Of a stretch of 64,000 nucleotides of DNA, positions 13,790 through 27,416 are shown piece by piece. The notes beneath the pieces were generated by a model. That model did not search any database and was not told the DNA's origin. It saw only the letters and a program-made list of their open reading frames with translations. The position numbers and the translations under genes were made by a program. The stretch comes from Octopus vulgaris. Its lineage: Eukaryota. The stretch spans positions 18,662,001 through 18,726,000 of the forward strand of contig OX597819.1 of NCBI GenBank assembly GCA_951406725.2, read 5' to 3'. How positions within the stretch are numbered: the stretch's first letter is position 1; the number at the start of each line of letters is the position of its first letter.

Positions 13790-14220
13790 GGCTCCAGTTT
13801 GATCTGGCAGTGTTTCTACAGCTGGATGCCCTTCCTAACGCCAACTAATCCATGAGTGTAGTGGGTGCATTTTACGTGCCACCGGCACAGAGGCCAGAGG
13901 GGGCAGGCAACGGCTACGATCGGTTGGTGCATTTTACGTGCCACCGGCACGGAAGCCAGTCAATGCGGCGCTGGTATCGGCCACGTTCGGACGGAGGTTT
14001 TACGTGCCACCGGCACGGGTATCCCAACTACAATTTCCATTTGATTTTAATTTTAATATTAATGTACTTGACTCAATAGGTCTCCTCTAGCACAGCAGGT
14101 CGCTCTACGATCCAAGGTATTTTGAATGGGCTGGGGCTGTTTATGCGAGACTGTTGTAGGATACAGCCGTGAACTCACTATATTTGCCGGGTCTGCGCAG
14201 TCACAGCATATCTCCAGAAC
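13790..14220 (-). mobile_element. Probable RTE-type LINE 3' end/3'UTR (or derived SINE) with three internal hairpin repeats
   Basis: Minus strand begins with a FWRYAVTAQTRQ-like C-terminal frame, contains three GTGCCGGTGGCACGTAAAA motifs and GTTGGCGTTAGGAAGGGCATCCAGCTGTAGAAAC. Confidence 0.55.
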
Positions 14221-14450
14221 ATTCATGCGTCTCTTCCCATTCCAAATAAGATTTGAAAACTTAGATGAGAGCTAGATCGAAAAGGAAGGACTTTGTTCGC
14301 GTTAGCTATTTCAGAGATAGAAACTACCTCATCAACATGGTGTTGTGGCGGTCTCAACAGATATTTCGGATACACCATTTAGCTCTTCTGTATAACTGTG
14401 CGATTTCGCGAAAGACATTTTCGTTTACCTGTGCTCAGATAATTAATGAT

Positions 14451-14452
<2 letters not shown>

Positions 14453-14533
<81 letters not shown>

Positions 14534-14537
14534 TAAT

Positions 14538-14583
<46 letters not shown>

Positions 14584-14730
14584 TCGAAAATACCTTAAGA
14601 ATGAGAACTGAGGTTCAAAATCTCCCCCAAGACACCTGAAGAAGGGTGAAGATTATATCAGCCGAAATATTGTGTTAACAACAAACAAGATGAGGACAAA
14701 TATCCGTCAAATGTAAATAATGTAAATAAT
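14453..14730 (+). mobile_element. Headless copy of the (AAT)n + Penelope-type hammerhead-tail element
   Basis: Homologous to 4147-4440. GACAC-CTGAAGA-AGGGTG...CAGCC-GAAATATT-GTGTT at 14631-14676. Confidence 0.75.
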
Positions 14731-14817
14731 AATCGCAGATATATTGGGAACTAAAACACAGACACACACACACATGTATGCATACGTATATGCATATATT
14801 TGCATAATGATTATATT

Positions 14818-14875
<58 letters not shown>

Positions 14876-15865
14876 CATCATGCATACATATATGTACACG
14901 CACACACACACTTATAAATGTGCATATAAATAGATAGATTCAGATGAATATGGTACTTACGTTGGGGCACCAGAATTTAGTATTGTATTATCGATGCAAT
15001 TTCAATGTAAGGTGATTATAATGTGTTCATCTCTTCTAATTTAATTAAATTATATGTCTTTGTGCAGCTGAGGATTGCTCTGCATTTTAAATTGACGTAA
15101 TGATTTCATTGTTCAATTAAATGGAGTTGCATGAAACGATCGTAATGCATTACCTCTGGATATCCTTGCTGCTTATTTTGATATATATATATATATAAAC
15201 ATACTGACAGGTAAGTAGCGATAGATAGAGAGATAGATAGATACACACAGATATATAGGTAGAGAAATATATATATATATATATATATATATAACAAGGC
15301 GTACAAATATACAAGTTCTATTTCCATTATTGAAATTGAAGGAAGCCTCTTTAAGCATTATTCTGATAACATGATACACAGAAATAATTATAAATAATTA
15401 GTTTATCTCTTCATCATCCACATTACTCTTACTTTAGCACTATCATTGTTATTATTATTATCATTGTAGTTGTTGGTGTTGTTATTGTAATTGATGTTGC
15501 TGGTGATGACAATATATGCAGCGTCTGCGAGGGCGGCGCTGTATATACTGTTGTTTTTATTCTCTCTTCTGATATTCTTCACATTACTCCTACCGGCCAA
15601 GGAACTTTAACGTCGATCAATGTGAATCCTTACAATTTTTATATGAGTTGATGCCAAACCTCTCATACCAAATTGCAATAACAGAATTACAACGTTTGCC
15701 GCACAAATAACCTTGCCAATATGTCTGCGTTTGCAAATATAGACATATATACATATACACATATACGCATACGTAAATACATACATACATATATATGAAT
15801 ATACATACTATATACATACTTAACTATCTCTCTCGCTCTCTCTCTCTCTATATATATATATATAC

Positions 15866-15915
<50 letters not shown>

Positions 15916-15978
15916 CAAATATACACACACATGGATATATATATATATATATATAAATATAAATATATATATATTTAT

Positions 15979-16017
<39 letters not shown>

Positions 16018-16039
16018 TATTAATATATATATATATGTA

Positions 16040-16083
<44 letters not shown>

Positions 16084-16600
16084 CCAACACGCTCAAGCAA
16101 GCGCGTATGATATCGGAGTGTATGCATGGCTGTACGTGCTCGACAAATGTTATATAGCCTGCCAGTTATTTGCACAATACGGAGTGGTGTCACTTTTTCA
16201 TACCCTGTCTTCATCTTTTCCTTGTGAAAGTGAAAGTAATTTTTTTTCTTTCCAAATTACACACACACACACCACTTACACATACACACCCACACCCGCA
16301 CATACATATACACACAAACACACAATCGCACGGAAATACGCACATTCGCTCGCGAGAACAAGCATACGCTCTCAAATGTGCACGCACACACTCTCACACG
16401 CATATGCATTTATTTATCTTCTTTTGCCGCCCAACGCATGCGTTTTTAACTGGTATTACTATGAAGTCAACAATATTTTTTTTACCATCTTCCTTCCTCC
16501 GGCAGGTTTCGTGTCGATGTAAAACATTTCTCTAACTGCGAATTCGGTTAGAATTTCGCTCAGAAATTACTATTCAATTAATAAAGCGACTCTCTCTCCG

Positions 16601-16669
<69 letters not shown>

Positions 16670-17074
16670 GTATGTTACTATCTCTCTCACTTTTTTCTCA
16701 TTATATATATATATGTGTGTGTGTGCGTATGTATGTGAGCGTGTGCATGTACAGTTCATATTGGTGTGTGCGTGCGTGCGTATATTGTATGTATATATAT
16801 ATGTTTGTGTGTGTGGAGGGGAGTGGTGTGTGAGTGTTGTGTGTGTATATACATATATATGTATGCATATATACACATATAAATATCTATACATTTATAT
16901 ATATATACATGTACACGTAGCATGACTGTGCATGTGCTGTTCATACGCGTGCGTATATTTGTATGCATGTTTTGTGTGTATATACATATATATGTATACA
17001 TATATAAATATATATATTTATATCAGTATATATACATATATATATATATATATGAATATATATAAACATATAAC

Positions 17075-17147
<73 letters not shown>

Positions 17148-17183
17148 TGAGAGAGAGGGACAGAGAGAGACAGACAGACAGAG

Positions 17184-17223
<40 letters not shown>

Positions 17224-17516
17224 GGGTAGGTAGATAGATATAATAAATGTTCACGTATGTACGTAAGTGTGTGTGTGTCTAAATATTAGTCTTTTTTATT
17301 ATTTCTTTCAACAATCATTTTTTTCAAACAATCCTGGTTACCGAAGCATTACTTGAAGTAAGATTTTCTGAAATTACAAATAATTGATTATATATAAAGA
17401 AATATCTATATAAAACGGATCGACACGAACATTTTTCAAGGAATGCTTCCTGCCGTAGTTTTTTGAAGATCTTTTTAATATAATTAGTGATTTTTAATTT
17501 AAGTATCTATGTACAG

Positions 17517-17770
17517 AGGTGCAAGCGTGGGTTTGTGCTAAGAAGTGTATTTCAAACCGTATGGTTCCGAGATCAATCCTAGTCCGTGATGCGTTGAGCA
17601 AATCTCTTCCACTAAAGGGCTGAGTTGACTAAAGCCTTGTGAGTCGAATTTGTAGGCGGAAACTGAGAGAAACCTTCGTATATATGTAAGTGTATGTGTT
17701 TGCGTCCGTCTTTGTCCAACAACAAAGCTTGACGACCGTTGCTGTTGTGTTTACGTCCCTACAAATTAAC
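17517..17770 (+). mobile_element. tRNA-derived SINE family C, diverged and 3'-incomplete
   Basis: Similar to the reverse complement of 5620-5870 (AAAGCCTTGTGAGT...GGAAACTGAGAGAAACC). Confidence 0.7.
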
Positions 17771-17818
<48 letters not shown>

Positions 17819-18174
17819 AGTGAAATAGAAAAACCAATATGGCGGGAGATAGAAAGAGAGAGATCAAAGATAAAGAAATGACATGGCAAGGTCTGAAAGC
17901 TCTTCGTGTGTTCTGTGGCTTGCCATATTGACAATAGCAGGAGCATCTAACCACACGCATATACTACGTACACAAACACACACACAACACACACACACAC
18001 ATACACACATACACACACGCATATATCTTTAAGCTTTAAATATATATACACAACCGTCCGTGTGTATATGACTGTTCTTACATATAGCTGAGTGCGCGCG
18101 TGTGTGTGTAGTGTATACGTGTGCATTTGTGTGCGTATGTAGTGTATATATGTGTATGCGTGTTGATGTGTAGG

Positions 18175-18445
18175 TGTGTTTCTTCATAAAGATATAAAGG
18201 TTAGAGCTTTGCACTCACGATTGCTTGGTCAGGGTTTCGATTTCCGTAAGTGGAGGCGCGTTCTGGTCTTGTGCAAAACACTTCAATTTACGTTGCTCCA
18301 GTCCACTCAGTTGTAAATGGGATATTGTCTTGCTCGCCTACCCAGAGAGGAGGCGTCATTTGAGAGCCAGAGCAGTGAGAGGCGCATTATGACCAGCGAT
18401 GTGTAACAACAAGTGATTGTCTGGATCGTACCGTAATACCATGAT
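18175..18445 (+). mobile_element. Old tRNA-derived SINE (CORE/V-like centre; tail shared with 61925-62235)
   Basis: GGTTTCGATTTCC B box, TCTTGTGCAAAACACTT centre, tail GCATTATGACCAGCGATGTGTAACAAC. Confidence 0.65.
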
Positions 18446-18510
18446 ATAAGCGCATAAACCTGAGAGAAGGTGGAAACAATAGTACTCGAATACCGGAGGT
18501 AGAGAAAAAT

Positions 18511-18659
18511 GATTTATTTATAAAACTGCCAAGACATCACAAGAAATGTTACTTAGAGATTCTTGTGTGCGTTCGACGGAAAGTGTTTTCCGACGAACGC
18601 GAACGTGAGACTCTGAGTACACATTTTTGTGAATGTCTTTGTAACTTCATTAATAAATC
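18511..18659. repeat. Imperfect ~150-bp foldback (inverted duplication of a Penelope-type terminus)
   Basis: Left arm GATTTATTTA..AAGACATCACAAGAAATG..GCGTTCGACGGAAA pairs with right arm TTTCCGACGAACGC..CATTTTTGTGAATGTCTT..TAATAAATC. Confidence 0.75.
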
Positions 18660-18989
18660 ACATATATATGTGTGACTGTGTGTGTGTATATGTGTGTGTG
18701 TGTGCTTGTGTGTGTGTGTGTTTGTACAATAGGTTTTCTGACCATGAAATTCGCTAACTTCAAGGCTATTGTAGAAACACTTGATCATGGTGTCACGCAG
18801 TCAGTGTGAACCCGAAACCACGTGGTTGACTTGCTGATTTGTGGTTTGACGTGTCAGAAAATGATTTCTTATTGATTTTTAAGGAATAAACGGATCGCTC
18901 AAGATTTGTGCACTGCTCTATAGTTTCCACTCTCCGCACTGAAATTTACGACTGTAGGATATTCCAGTTGATGCAAATAACCTATCGAC

Positions 18990-19750
18990 AGATGGCAAAC
19001 GAGAAAGACACGTCCTAAGACATCACAATTCCCAACGGACATAATCTACGGACATAATTTTACTTTACTTCTCCTATTAATTCACATGATGAATTAATAA
19101 GTGTACACCTCGGAAAACCTATTTCCATGTTTGCTGTAGCAAATTTTGTTGCAAAATTAGGGCCGCAATATAGGCAGTAATATATTTATGGGTCGTGCTT
19201 TAATTTTTAATAAACACTCTTTAGTTTTATAGAATTACACTTGAGTACGTACTTAGGTGCGTTCGTAGGTATATTTTTATGTGGGTACAGACCTGTAACA
19301 CCCAGAGTTTCATTGCCGAGCTGTGAAATCTTCAACCGATGCTTTATTATCCATATACACGTAAAACAATTGAGGTGGCACTTCTTTCTCAAAAATCATT
19401 GCCTCTGTCAAATATTGCACAACATATCTTTGCATCTCACTATATCATTTGCGACAAAACATTTCAGCTGCTGTCTCCAATATATTCTAATAGTTTTCCT
19501 ACATAAAATTCCAACAGAACATATTCATATAGAACACAAGCTTTCGCTTCCGTACACGTTACATCTTCACTGTCAAAGATTGACTGGATTATTAATTGTC
19601 AATTTCCACTTGAAAACCAACATTCCTGTATGACTGTTGACAGCTCACAACATGATGCAATATACAACTCTCTGCAGTGCAAATTGTGACATCATCTCAC
19701 ATTGATTGAGCTAGCGAGAAACAACATGACACCGATGATACGGCAGCTTC
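18990..19750 (+). mobile_element. Possible highly decayed Mutator-like transposase remnant
   Basis: Broken frames IICDKTF/SCCLQY and LLTAHN...ISH weakly resemble the MULE DGTF and D(F)E.A..NA..C.FH motifs; repeated GGACATAAT units upstream. Weak evidence. Confidence 0.25.
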
Positions 19751-20024
19751 CCCTTCATCTGCCTTTCCACTTTACTGCCAATTTCTACATTGCATTGATA
19801 TAAAGACCGTAACTTAGAGGAGGAAAAAAAATAGAATGTGGCATATTTGATGGGAAAGCATTTTTCTAAAAATATGTCTAAGAAAAAATTGCCCGGATGC
19901 TATATAAGAATTTGGGCCAAATGTTCAACATTATGACATAATTTAACCGTTTATCTAGATTGATAATGATGATACGTAATTAAACTTTTACAATGCTCTC
20001 TAACATACTGCGAGATTGTTTAAA

Positions 20025-20235
20025 TATTGGTTTCCAATTTTGGCACAAGACCAGCAATTCCGGGGCTGGGATTATTTCGATTACGTCAACCTCGGTGCTC
20101 GACTGGTACTTATTTTATCGACCCCGAAAGTGGGTAAAGGCAAGTTAAATCGACCCCAGCGGAATCCCAACTTAGAACGTAAATCGGAGGAAATGCCGCT
20201 ACGCATTTTGTTCGGCATGCTAACGCTCCTGCCAA
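20025..20235 (-). mobile_element. SINE family A (tail type 2), diverged
   Basis: TTGGCACAAGACCAGCAATT...CTGGTACTTATTTTATCGACCCCGAAAG...GCTAACG, homologous to 6019-6217. Confidence 0.75.
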
Positions 20236-20472
20236 CAATCGGAATTGAGCTTGTTTAATTTTTTTTTCCTTCTTATTTTATATAAACATCACAAAAAAAG
20301 AATCATTTAATGCCCGGTATATGAGATACTGTTTATGCTATTTTTCCTTCACTTACGTAGCAGAACGGAGTAGCAAGTAGTGTCTCTACATATATACACA
20401 CATTCATACATACATACATACATACACAGATATTAACATATATATATTAACATATATTTATATATATATATG

Positions 20473-20853
20473 TGGAAGCACTCCGTCGGTTACGACGACG
20501 AGGGTTCCAGTTGATCCGATCAACGGAACAGCCTGCTCGTGAAATTAACGTGTAAGTGGCTGAGCACTCCTCAGACACGTGTACCCTTAACGCAGTTCTC
20601 GGGGATATTCAGCGTGACACAGAGAGTGACAAGGCCGGCCCTTTGAAATACAGGTACAACAGAAACAGGAAGTAAGAGTGAGAGAAAGTTGTGGTGAAAG
20701 AGTACAGCAGGGATCACCACCATCCCTGCCGGAGCCTCGTGGAGTATTTAGGTGTTTTCGCTCAATAAACACTCACGACGCCCGGTCTGGGAATCGAAAC
20801 GGTGATCCTACGACCGCGAGTCCACTGCCCTAACCACTGGGCCATTGCGCCTC
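20473..20853 (-). mobile_element. tRNA-derived SINE family B, tail 1
   Basis: Minus strand GAGGCGCAATGGCCCAGTGGTTAGGG (A box)...GTTTCGATTCCC (B box). Head shared with 29722-30086 and 61925-62235. Confidence 0.9.
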
Positions 20854-21179
20854 TACATTTATATATAGATAACGTATCTCTGTGTACGTGTGTACCTTTG
20901 TTTGTGTGTATGTGTATTTGTATGTGCGTGTGTGTGTGTTGGTGAGTGTTGCGTTATCTCATGCCATTCATCTTGTTCAATGGCGGTTTCATCATATTGT
21001 ACTGAAACAAAAACCCAAGTTCCGTTTTATGTGAGTCTATGGCACTGACGGACTCGACACCATGACATTTTGTAAACCAACTTTGTCTTTACTCTTACAA
21101 ACCGAATCTAGAGGAAAAGAAACGATTGGAATCTATCCGCCCCTCTTCTTCGTCGTCATTGTACTTAGAATTATCCCCA

Positions 21180-21464
21180 ACAACACCATCATCACCACCA
21201 TGAAGATGACGACGACGACGACCACCACCACCACCATCACCACTACCATCACCATCATCATCGTCGTCATCGTCACTGTCATCACCAACAATCACACAAC
21301 CGCTACCATCGACACCTTTCCCAAAACCATCACCACCACCACCATCACCAACGTTTTGAATGTTATCTGCTTCAAGTTCATCGTCGTGAATACCGTTGTT
21401 GATCATCATTATCATCATCACCACCGTCATCATCATCATCACCACCACCGTCATCATCATCATC

Positions 21465-21496
<32 letters not shown>

Positions 21497-21832
21497 CGTC
21501 GTCGTCGTCGTCGTCGTCGTCCTGACCACGACCGTCAGCCTTAGCGATATCAGATACAACACTCATGAATACCATCGATCTTATCGCAAGCCATGTGAGC
21601 GTCATTATCTCCATCGATATTATCATTATCAAATGTTATCAACATATTCATTCGCATTACTACCATAATTATCATCAACAACATTATCATCGATAACGTT
21701 ATCAGCATTACCGCCCTCACTATTATCAACATTATCATTATTATTCGACATCAATGTCATCAACTTTCTTCTCATTAACAATATCATCAACGCTATCAGA
21801 ATAGCCATCATCGATATCAACATTATCATCAC
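21180..21832. repeat. Degenerate (CAT/CAC/CGT)n trinucleotide low-complexity region
   Basis: Directly visible. Confidence 0.85.
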
Positions 21833-22043
21833 CTACATTTAAGGAATATTAATATCATTTATGCTTCTTTCATAATAACACATTAAAAAAAAAATTAAAA
21901 CGTTTTCATCCTCATCAACAACAGCCTCTCTACGTTGCTCTCTAAATCGCCTTTACCCGCATCCGCCGTTATTATTAAAGTGAATCTTTGTCAGCGTCCA
22001 CGATACACGTTCTTTTCTTTCGAACAGAGAAGAGTATACTTAA

Positions 22044-22437
22044 TCTTTATAAATAAAAGTAAGGTTGTGTGTCTGTCTCCTAACGATTTAGATTCCTAAC
22101 TACTCCCTCATTTTGCGGTGCAGTTTAACCAAAACCGGGTATCTTATAGTCGTGATTCATATCGAGCCCTTCTGGGTATAGCGCGCGTCTACGATGAGTC
22201 TACGATTAGAAAAAAAATTACCATCATTTTTTCCATTTTAATGCATTTTTTCGCTATTATATTAAGGGAAGTAACTCTTTAAAAATGTCTACGATGAGTC
22301 AACGATTTAAAAAAAAAATTATCATTTTTTTTCCATTTTTAATGCTTTGTTTTGCTATTTTTTGGCTATAACTCTCTAAAAATGCTTATATAGTTATTTC
22401 CCTTACAAACCCGAGCAACGCCGGGCGATACTGCAAG
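22044..22437 (+). mobile_element. Non-autonomous Helitron
   Basis: Inserted between A and T. 5' TC(TTTATAAATAAAAG); 3' GC hairpin CCCG-AGCAACGC-CGGG followed by CAAG (one change from CTAG); internal ~100-bp tandem duplication. Confidence 0.75.
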
Positions 22438-23583
22438 TATAAATATAAAGGAAGACGACTCTAACGCAGTCTGTTTGTTTTTGAATCGCCATTAGATTTC
22501 CTATGTAGGAATTCTAAGGAATTTGCTCAACTCACTGGACCAAATTATTCGAGTCGACATCCTTTTCTACAATGTCGTCCCAAACAAGATAGCATAAGGG
22601 ATTAAAAAAACAAAGGACCTAAAAATTCAAAAGATGCTGTATGACAATAAACTTGAAAAAACAGTTTGGTAGATCAAAAGAAGAGCAGTTTATATTAATG
22701 AGTTCTAGAGAAGCACAGTTTGGGAAAAGAAGCTCTTGGAATGAAATGGTGCATGATTAATAAGATGCTCAACTAAAGCGATACATCTCGGAGGAGAAAC
22801 GGCGGATAAGTTTAAAGGTCTTCACAGGAAATTGTATGAAACCTTATAATGTAGAACACACTTATATACGTATACTACCGTCCGTATTAATGCATTGGCG
22901 ACGGATAATAACCAAATCTAACTGTTATCCTATGGAATTTAAGTAGATTGCATTCACAATATTTCGCTGAATGGTTTTGTACCCCTCGGCTTTAAACAGA
23001 GGCATAAATGCCCTACATATCTGTACACTAGGATTGAACTTCCGTTTATCCTGTTGGGGATTTACTTTTCTGAATCACACTGGCTTGCATTAGATTTCTA
23101 GAAAAAAACTAAAGACAAATTGTAAGAAAGATTTAATAATTAAGGCTCCTTTTCTATAATGTCCACGGAAAATGCAATACGGCATAGAGTCATGTTTGGA
23201 TTAACTGAATCTGATTGTAATGTCATTCAGTCGTAAAGAATTAATATCTCAAGGTGGGAGCGTTTAACATTTTGCAACATCTACAAGAAATAATAGATTA
23301 ATCCCTTACGAACCAAACTTTATCTTGTAAAATGTCATTTAACGTAGACTGCATAAAGACAAGCGCTGCTAATAGTCGCTTGCTAAAAACCTACCAGATT
23401 CATGTCTTCAGAGCAAGAAACTTTTTGTAGTTCTTAACTATATACCGTCCATACATGTATATATGTATGAGATAGAAATAAAATATATGATGTTTACAGC
23501 TGGAAGGCTTTTGATTATAAGCCGAGTTGATCAGATCAAGACTGGACAGTATTAGGATTTCTAAAGAAACAGCTCAACAACAT

Positions 23584-23906
23584 ATTTGAACTCACAACGT
23601 AACGGCAGACGAATTACCTATTTCTTTTCTACCCACAAGGGGCTAAACATAGAAGGGACAAACAAAAACTGACAAGCGTATTAAGTCGATTATATCGAAC
23701 CCAGTGCGTAGCTGGTACTTATTTAATCGACCCCGAAAGGATGAAAGAAAAAGTCGACCTCGGCGGAATTTGAACTCAGAACGTAACGGCAGAATATATA
23801 CCGCTAGGTGGCCAGCTGGCAGGCACATTAGCATGATGGGCGAAGTGCTTATATACCGCTAGGCATTTCGCCCAGCGTGCTAACATTTCTGCCCACTCGC
23901 CGCCTT
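23584..23906 (-). mobile_element. SINE family A, 1.2-mer with internal inverted head fragment
   Basis: Head at 23906, body and tail 1, junction at ~23617, then a second unit ending at the B box. Confidence 0.85.
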
Positions 23907-23930
23907 ACACTTTTGTAACATCTTTGAAGG

Positions 23931-23970
<40 letters not shown>

Positions 23971-24314
23971 AATACCAAAATGAAGCAGAAAAAGCAAACC
24001 GGGAGGGAATAGAAAGAGAAAGGAATTGAAACAAGAAACTAAAAATGATCGTGATTAAAAAGCTCCACAAAGCAGCGCATGCGCTTGTGGTAATACAAAA
24101 TGAAAATAAAATTATACAAACGGAAATATAAACGAAACAGTGGTTGGCTTACATTGAGTAGAGAACAATGACAATAACGATCTATTTCTAAATAATAAAT
24201 TAATAAAGAAAGAATTATAAGTAATAACAAAATTAAAAATAATAATAGTTCAAACACAGGTTAATTTAATAGTTTTTCAAGCAAATATTTACCTTTCTCC
24301 GTCTTCCTAATATA

Positions 24315-24820
<506 letters not shown>

Positions 24821-25354
24821 GTGCGTGTGAATAGATGTGTGAAGGAAAAAGTGGGTAAGAAAATATTTTTAGAATTCCTAATTCTGTTTGCATTATTACA
24901 TCTGAAGCAAGCAAGACGCGAAGGCATCGCTGCCGCAGATACAACGTTGCTTTGTAAAGGATTCTTTCTCCATTCTGTGGGAATCAAATTCAATGAAACG
25001 TGAGAAGATTTTGAAATATGTCAAGGACGTTGCATTCCTCAATAATTATTGCAAACGAAAAGTAACCAAGAAAAAGAAAAAAATTGAAAATTATTTCATT
25101 AATCATTTTTCAAAAGGATTCGTGTTTAAATTCCTTATGCAAAAACTGAACTAGTTGCAATCACGTGACTTATAAATAATAAAGTTTTGAGCTCTGCACG
25201 AAACGGAGAAACCCACAGTAACTAGATTTTCATATCTCGTTTCTGTTGATACCTTAAGAAGCGTGGCAGTAGTGTTATATTTTTATCCTAATTATTCAAC
25301 AAAATGTCCCTCTTAATAATCCTATAATGCTTATGCCATATTCTCGCCTTAAAC

Positions 25355-25391
<37 letters not shown>

Positions 25392-25451
25392 GTGTCTCTC
25401 TGTCTCTCTGTATGTCTCTGTCTCTCTCTGTCTCTCTCTCTATATATATAT

Positions 25452-25604
<153 letters not shown>

Positions 25605-26719
25605 TATATGTATATATATATATATGTTTGTTTATATATATATACGTACACACACACACAAACAAACACACAAACACACACACATATACGTAAATCCATC
25701 GACTCTGCGACTTAGGTCCTCCATTCTTCTCTTATGCAAACTGCCATTCACATAACAGACCCCACAACTCTCGGGCGCAGAACATGATCCTCTACCCCTA
25801 CTCATCATACACGCAATTTTATATAACAAATTTTATATAACATAGATGCACGCGTTATATCTCTCGCTCTTTTCATCCACTAAATATTCAAGCATTTTCA
25901 AAGTGCACCTATCTTCTTCCCTCCACAGTACTCTTCCAACATCATTTCCATATCAAATGGACCTTCATCTCTTAAACGAACTAATTTCTCTTCCGTACTT
26001 CTTCATTACAGTTACTTATTCTCTCTTCATTTTACCACTTTCTCACCATCATCTGAATGATCTATCAAATTCTAGAGACATTTCGTTTTTCTATTGTTTT
26101 TTATTTTGTCATTATTACCAATTCCATTGCCTTTTCTTCTCTTCACAGATTTCATACATCTTTCTTACTTTACGACTTTCTTAAAAAACATCGTGTCACA
26201 CTCGTAAATGCTTTTGTCATGTACTTCCAAAATACGTCAAAAATGTCTCCGGTTTGCTTTTGACATCTCATACACTTTATCAATGCCATAGCTCTCTCAT
26301 TCTCGCACCTCATGTCCTCACATACATGCTTCCATACCACCTGACGAACGATTACGCACATACACCAGCAAAGTAGGACATCGTAGAACACTCACACAGT
26401 CACCACTCCGTTCAATGCCAGAATTTATATCCGGGTAAATTTTATAACTGCATTGATGCACACACCTCAAACTCATACCTTTAGTACCCAACTGAAATGC
26501 ACCCCGGCTGGTTCTAAAATTTCGGTAGAAATTATTTTCTCTCTTTTAACTCTATTTCAATGTAGGCAGCACTCTTTCTTCCTTCTGATAAAGATCTCAC
26601 GTCCAAAATGATAATAGCGTCTACTCTTTCCATTAAAGCATTAAGCTAGCAGAGTATTCTTCAAACATCGCTCCTCGTGGGTTCATTTAAATGATTCAGT
26701 AATAGAAACCTCTTCGGAT

Positions 26720-27062
26720 ACAAGGCTTTAGCTGAAGAAGGGCGTTTTATTGTGCTTTCTCATCTGCTACGAAGTTCACTGCTTCGAGTTACGTCATCCG
26801 GAACATTTGAGAGTTTTGTTTTGGAAAAAGCTACATCCACCCATGTAGGTCTCACAAGCCTTTTGTGTGTGTCGGGGGAGGGGGTGAAGAGCTATGAGCC
26901 CTTCGAACACGAAGCTGTTGCAATATCTGGTTCTCTATCCTGATGGCAATATTAAAATTTTTGTCACTTTGCAGTGGCGCACCTTTCTCCCGCTTATGCA
27001 ACTTCCAATGTCAAAATCTGTTACAAGACCTTCCAGGATTTTCCAGATGTCAGTCACAGCAT
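26720..27062 (-). mobile_element. Decayed CR1-group LINE 3' fragment
   Basis: Minus frame reads AVTDIWKILEGLVTDFDIGSCISGRKVRHCKVTKILILPSG*RTRYCNS...VDVAFSKTKL..NVPD, homologous to the C-terminus of the 33500-35866 ORF (MWKIY...FKQSLDRFLQRIPD). Confidence 0.65.
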
Positions 27063-27290
27063 ACATATATATATATATCACGTATAATTTTCCTGAAGCA
27101 TCGTATGAAATATAAGAATGCTTTATAGATATTTTTCAAGCGACAATATTATTGCAAGTCGAACTTTAATGTTATTAATTGGTATTTTCCATATTTTCCA
27201 GGCTCAGAAGACTTTCTTTAGGAATTTTACGGAGAAACAATTTGCTGTCGTTTCCTCTTTTTAGCGTGTGTATGTGTATTGATATATATG

Positions 27291-27364
<74 letters not shown>

Positions 27365-27416
27365 GTATAGAAAAGAATGGAGCTGAACGAAGATTTAACA
27401 AAATTCCTTTATTTTA

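Noticed and set aside
13870-14016. CRISPR-like repeat-spacer pattern
   Set aside because: Only three 19-bp repeats, eukaryotic retroelement context, no cas genes
21062-21832. His/Thr/Asp-rich ORFs
   Set aside because: Degenerate trinucleotide repeat open in several frames; no splice or domain support
22600-22850. Possible RTE 3' remnant (similar hints at 26200-26400 and 51950-52120)
   Set aside because: Only a few residues match; needs a profile search
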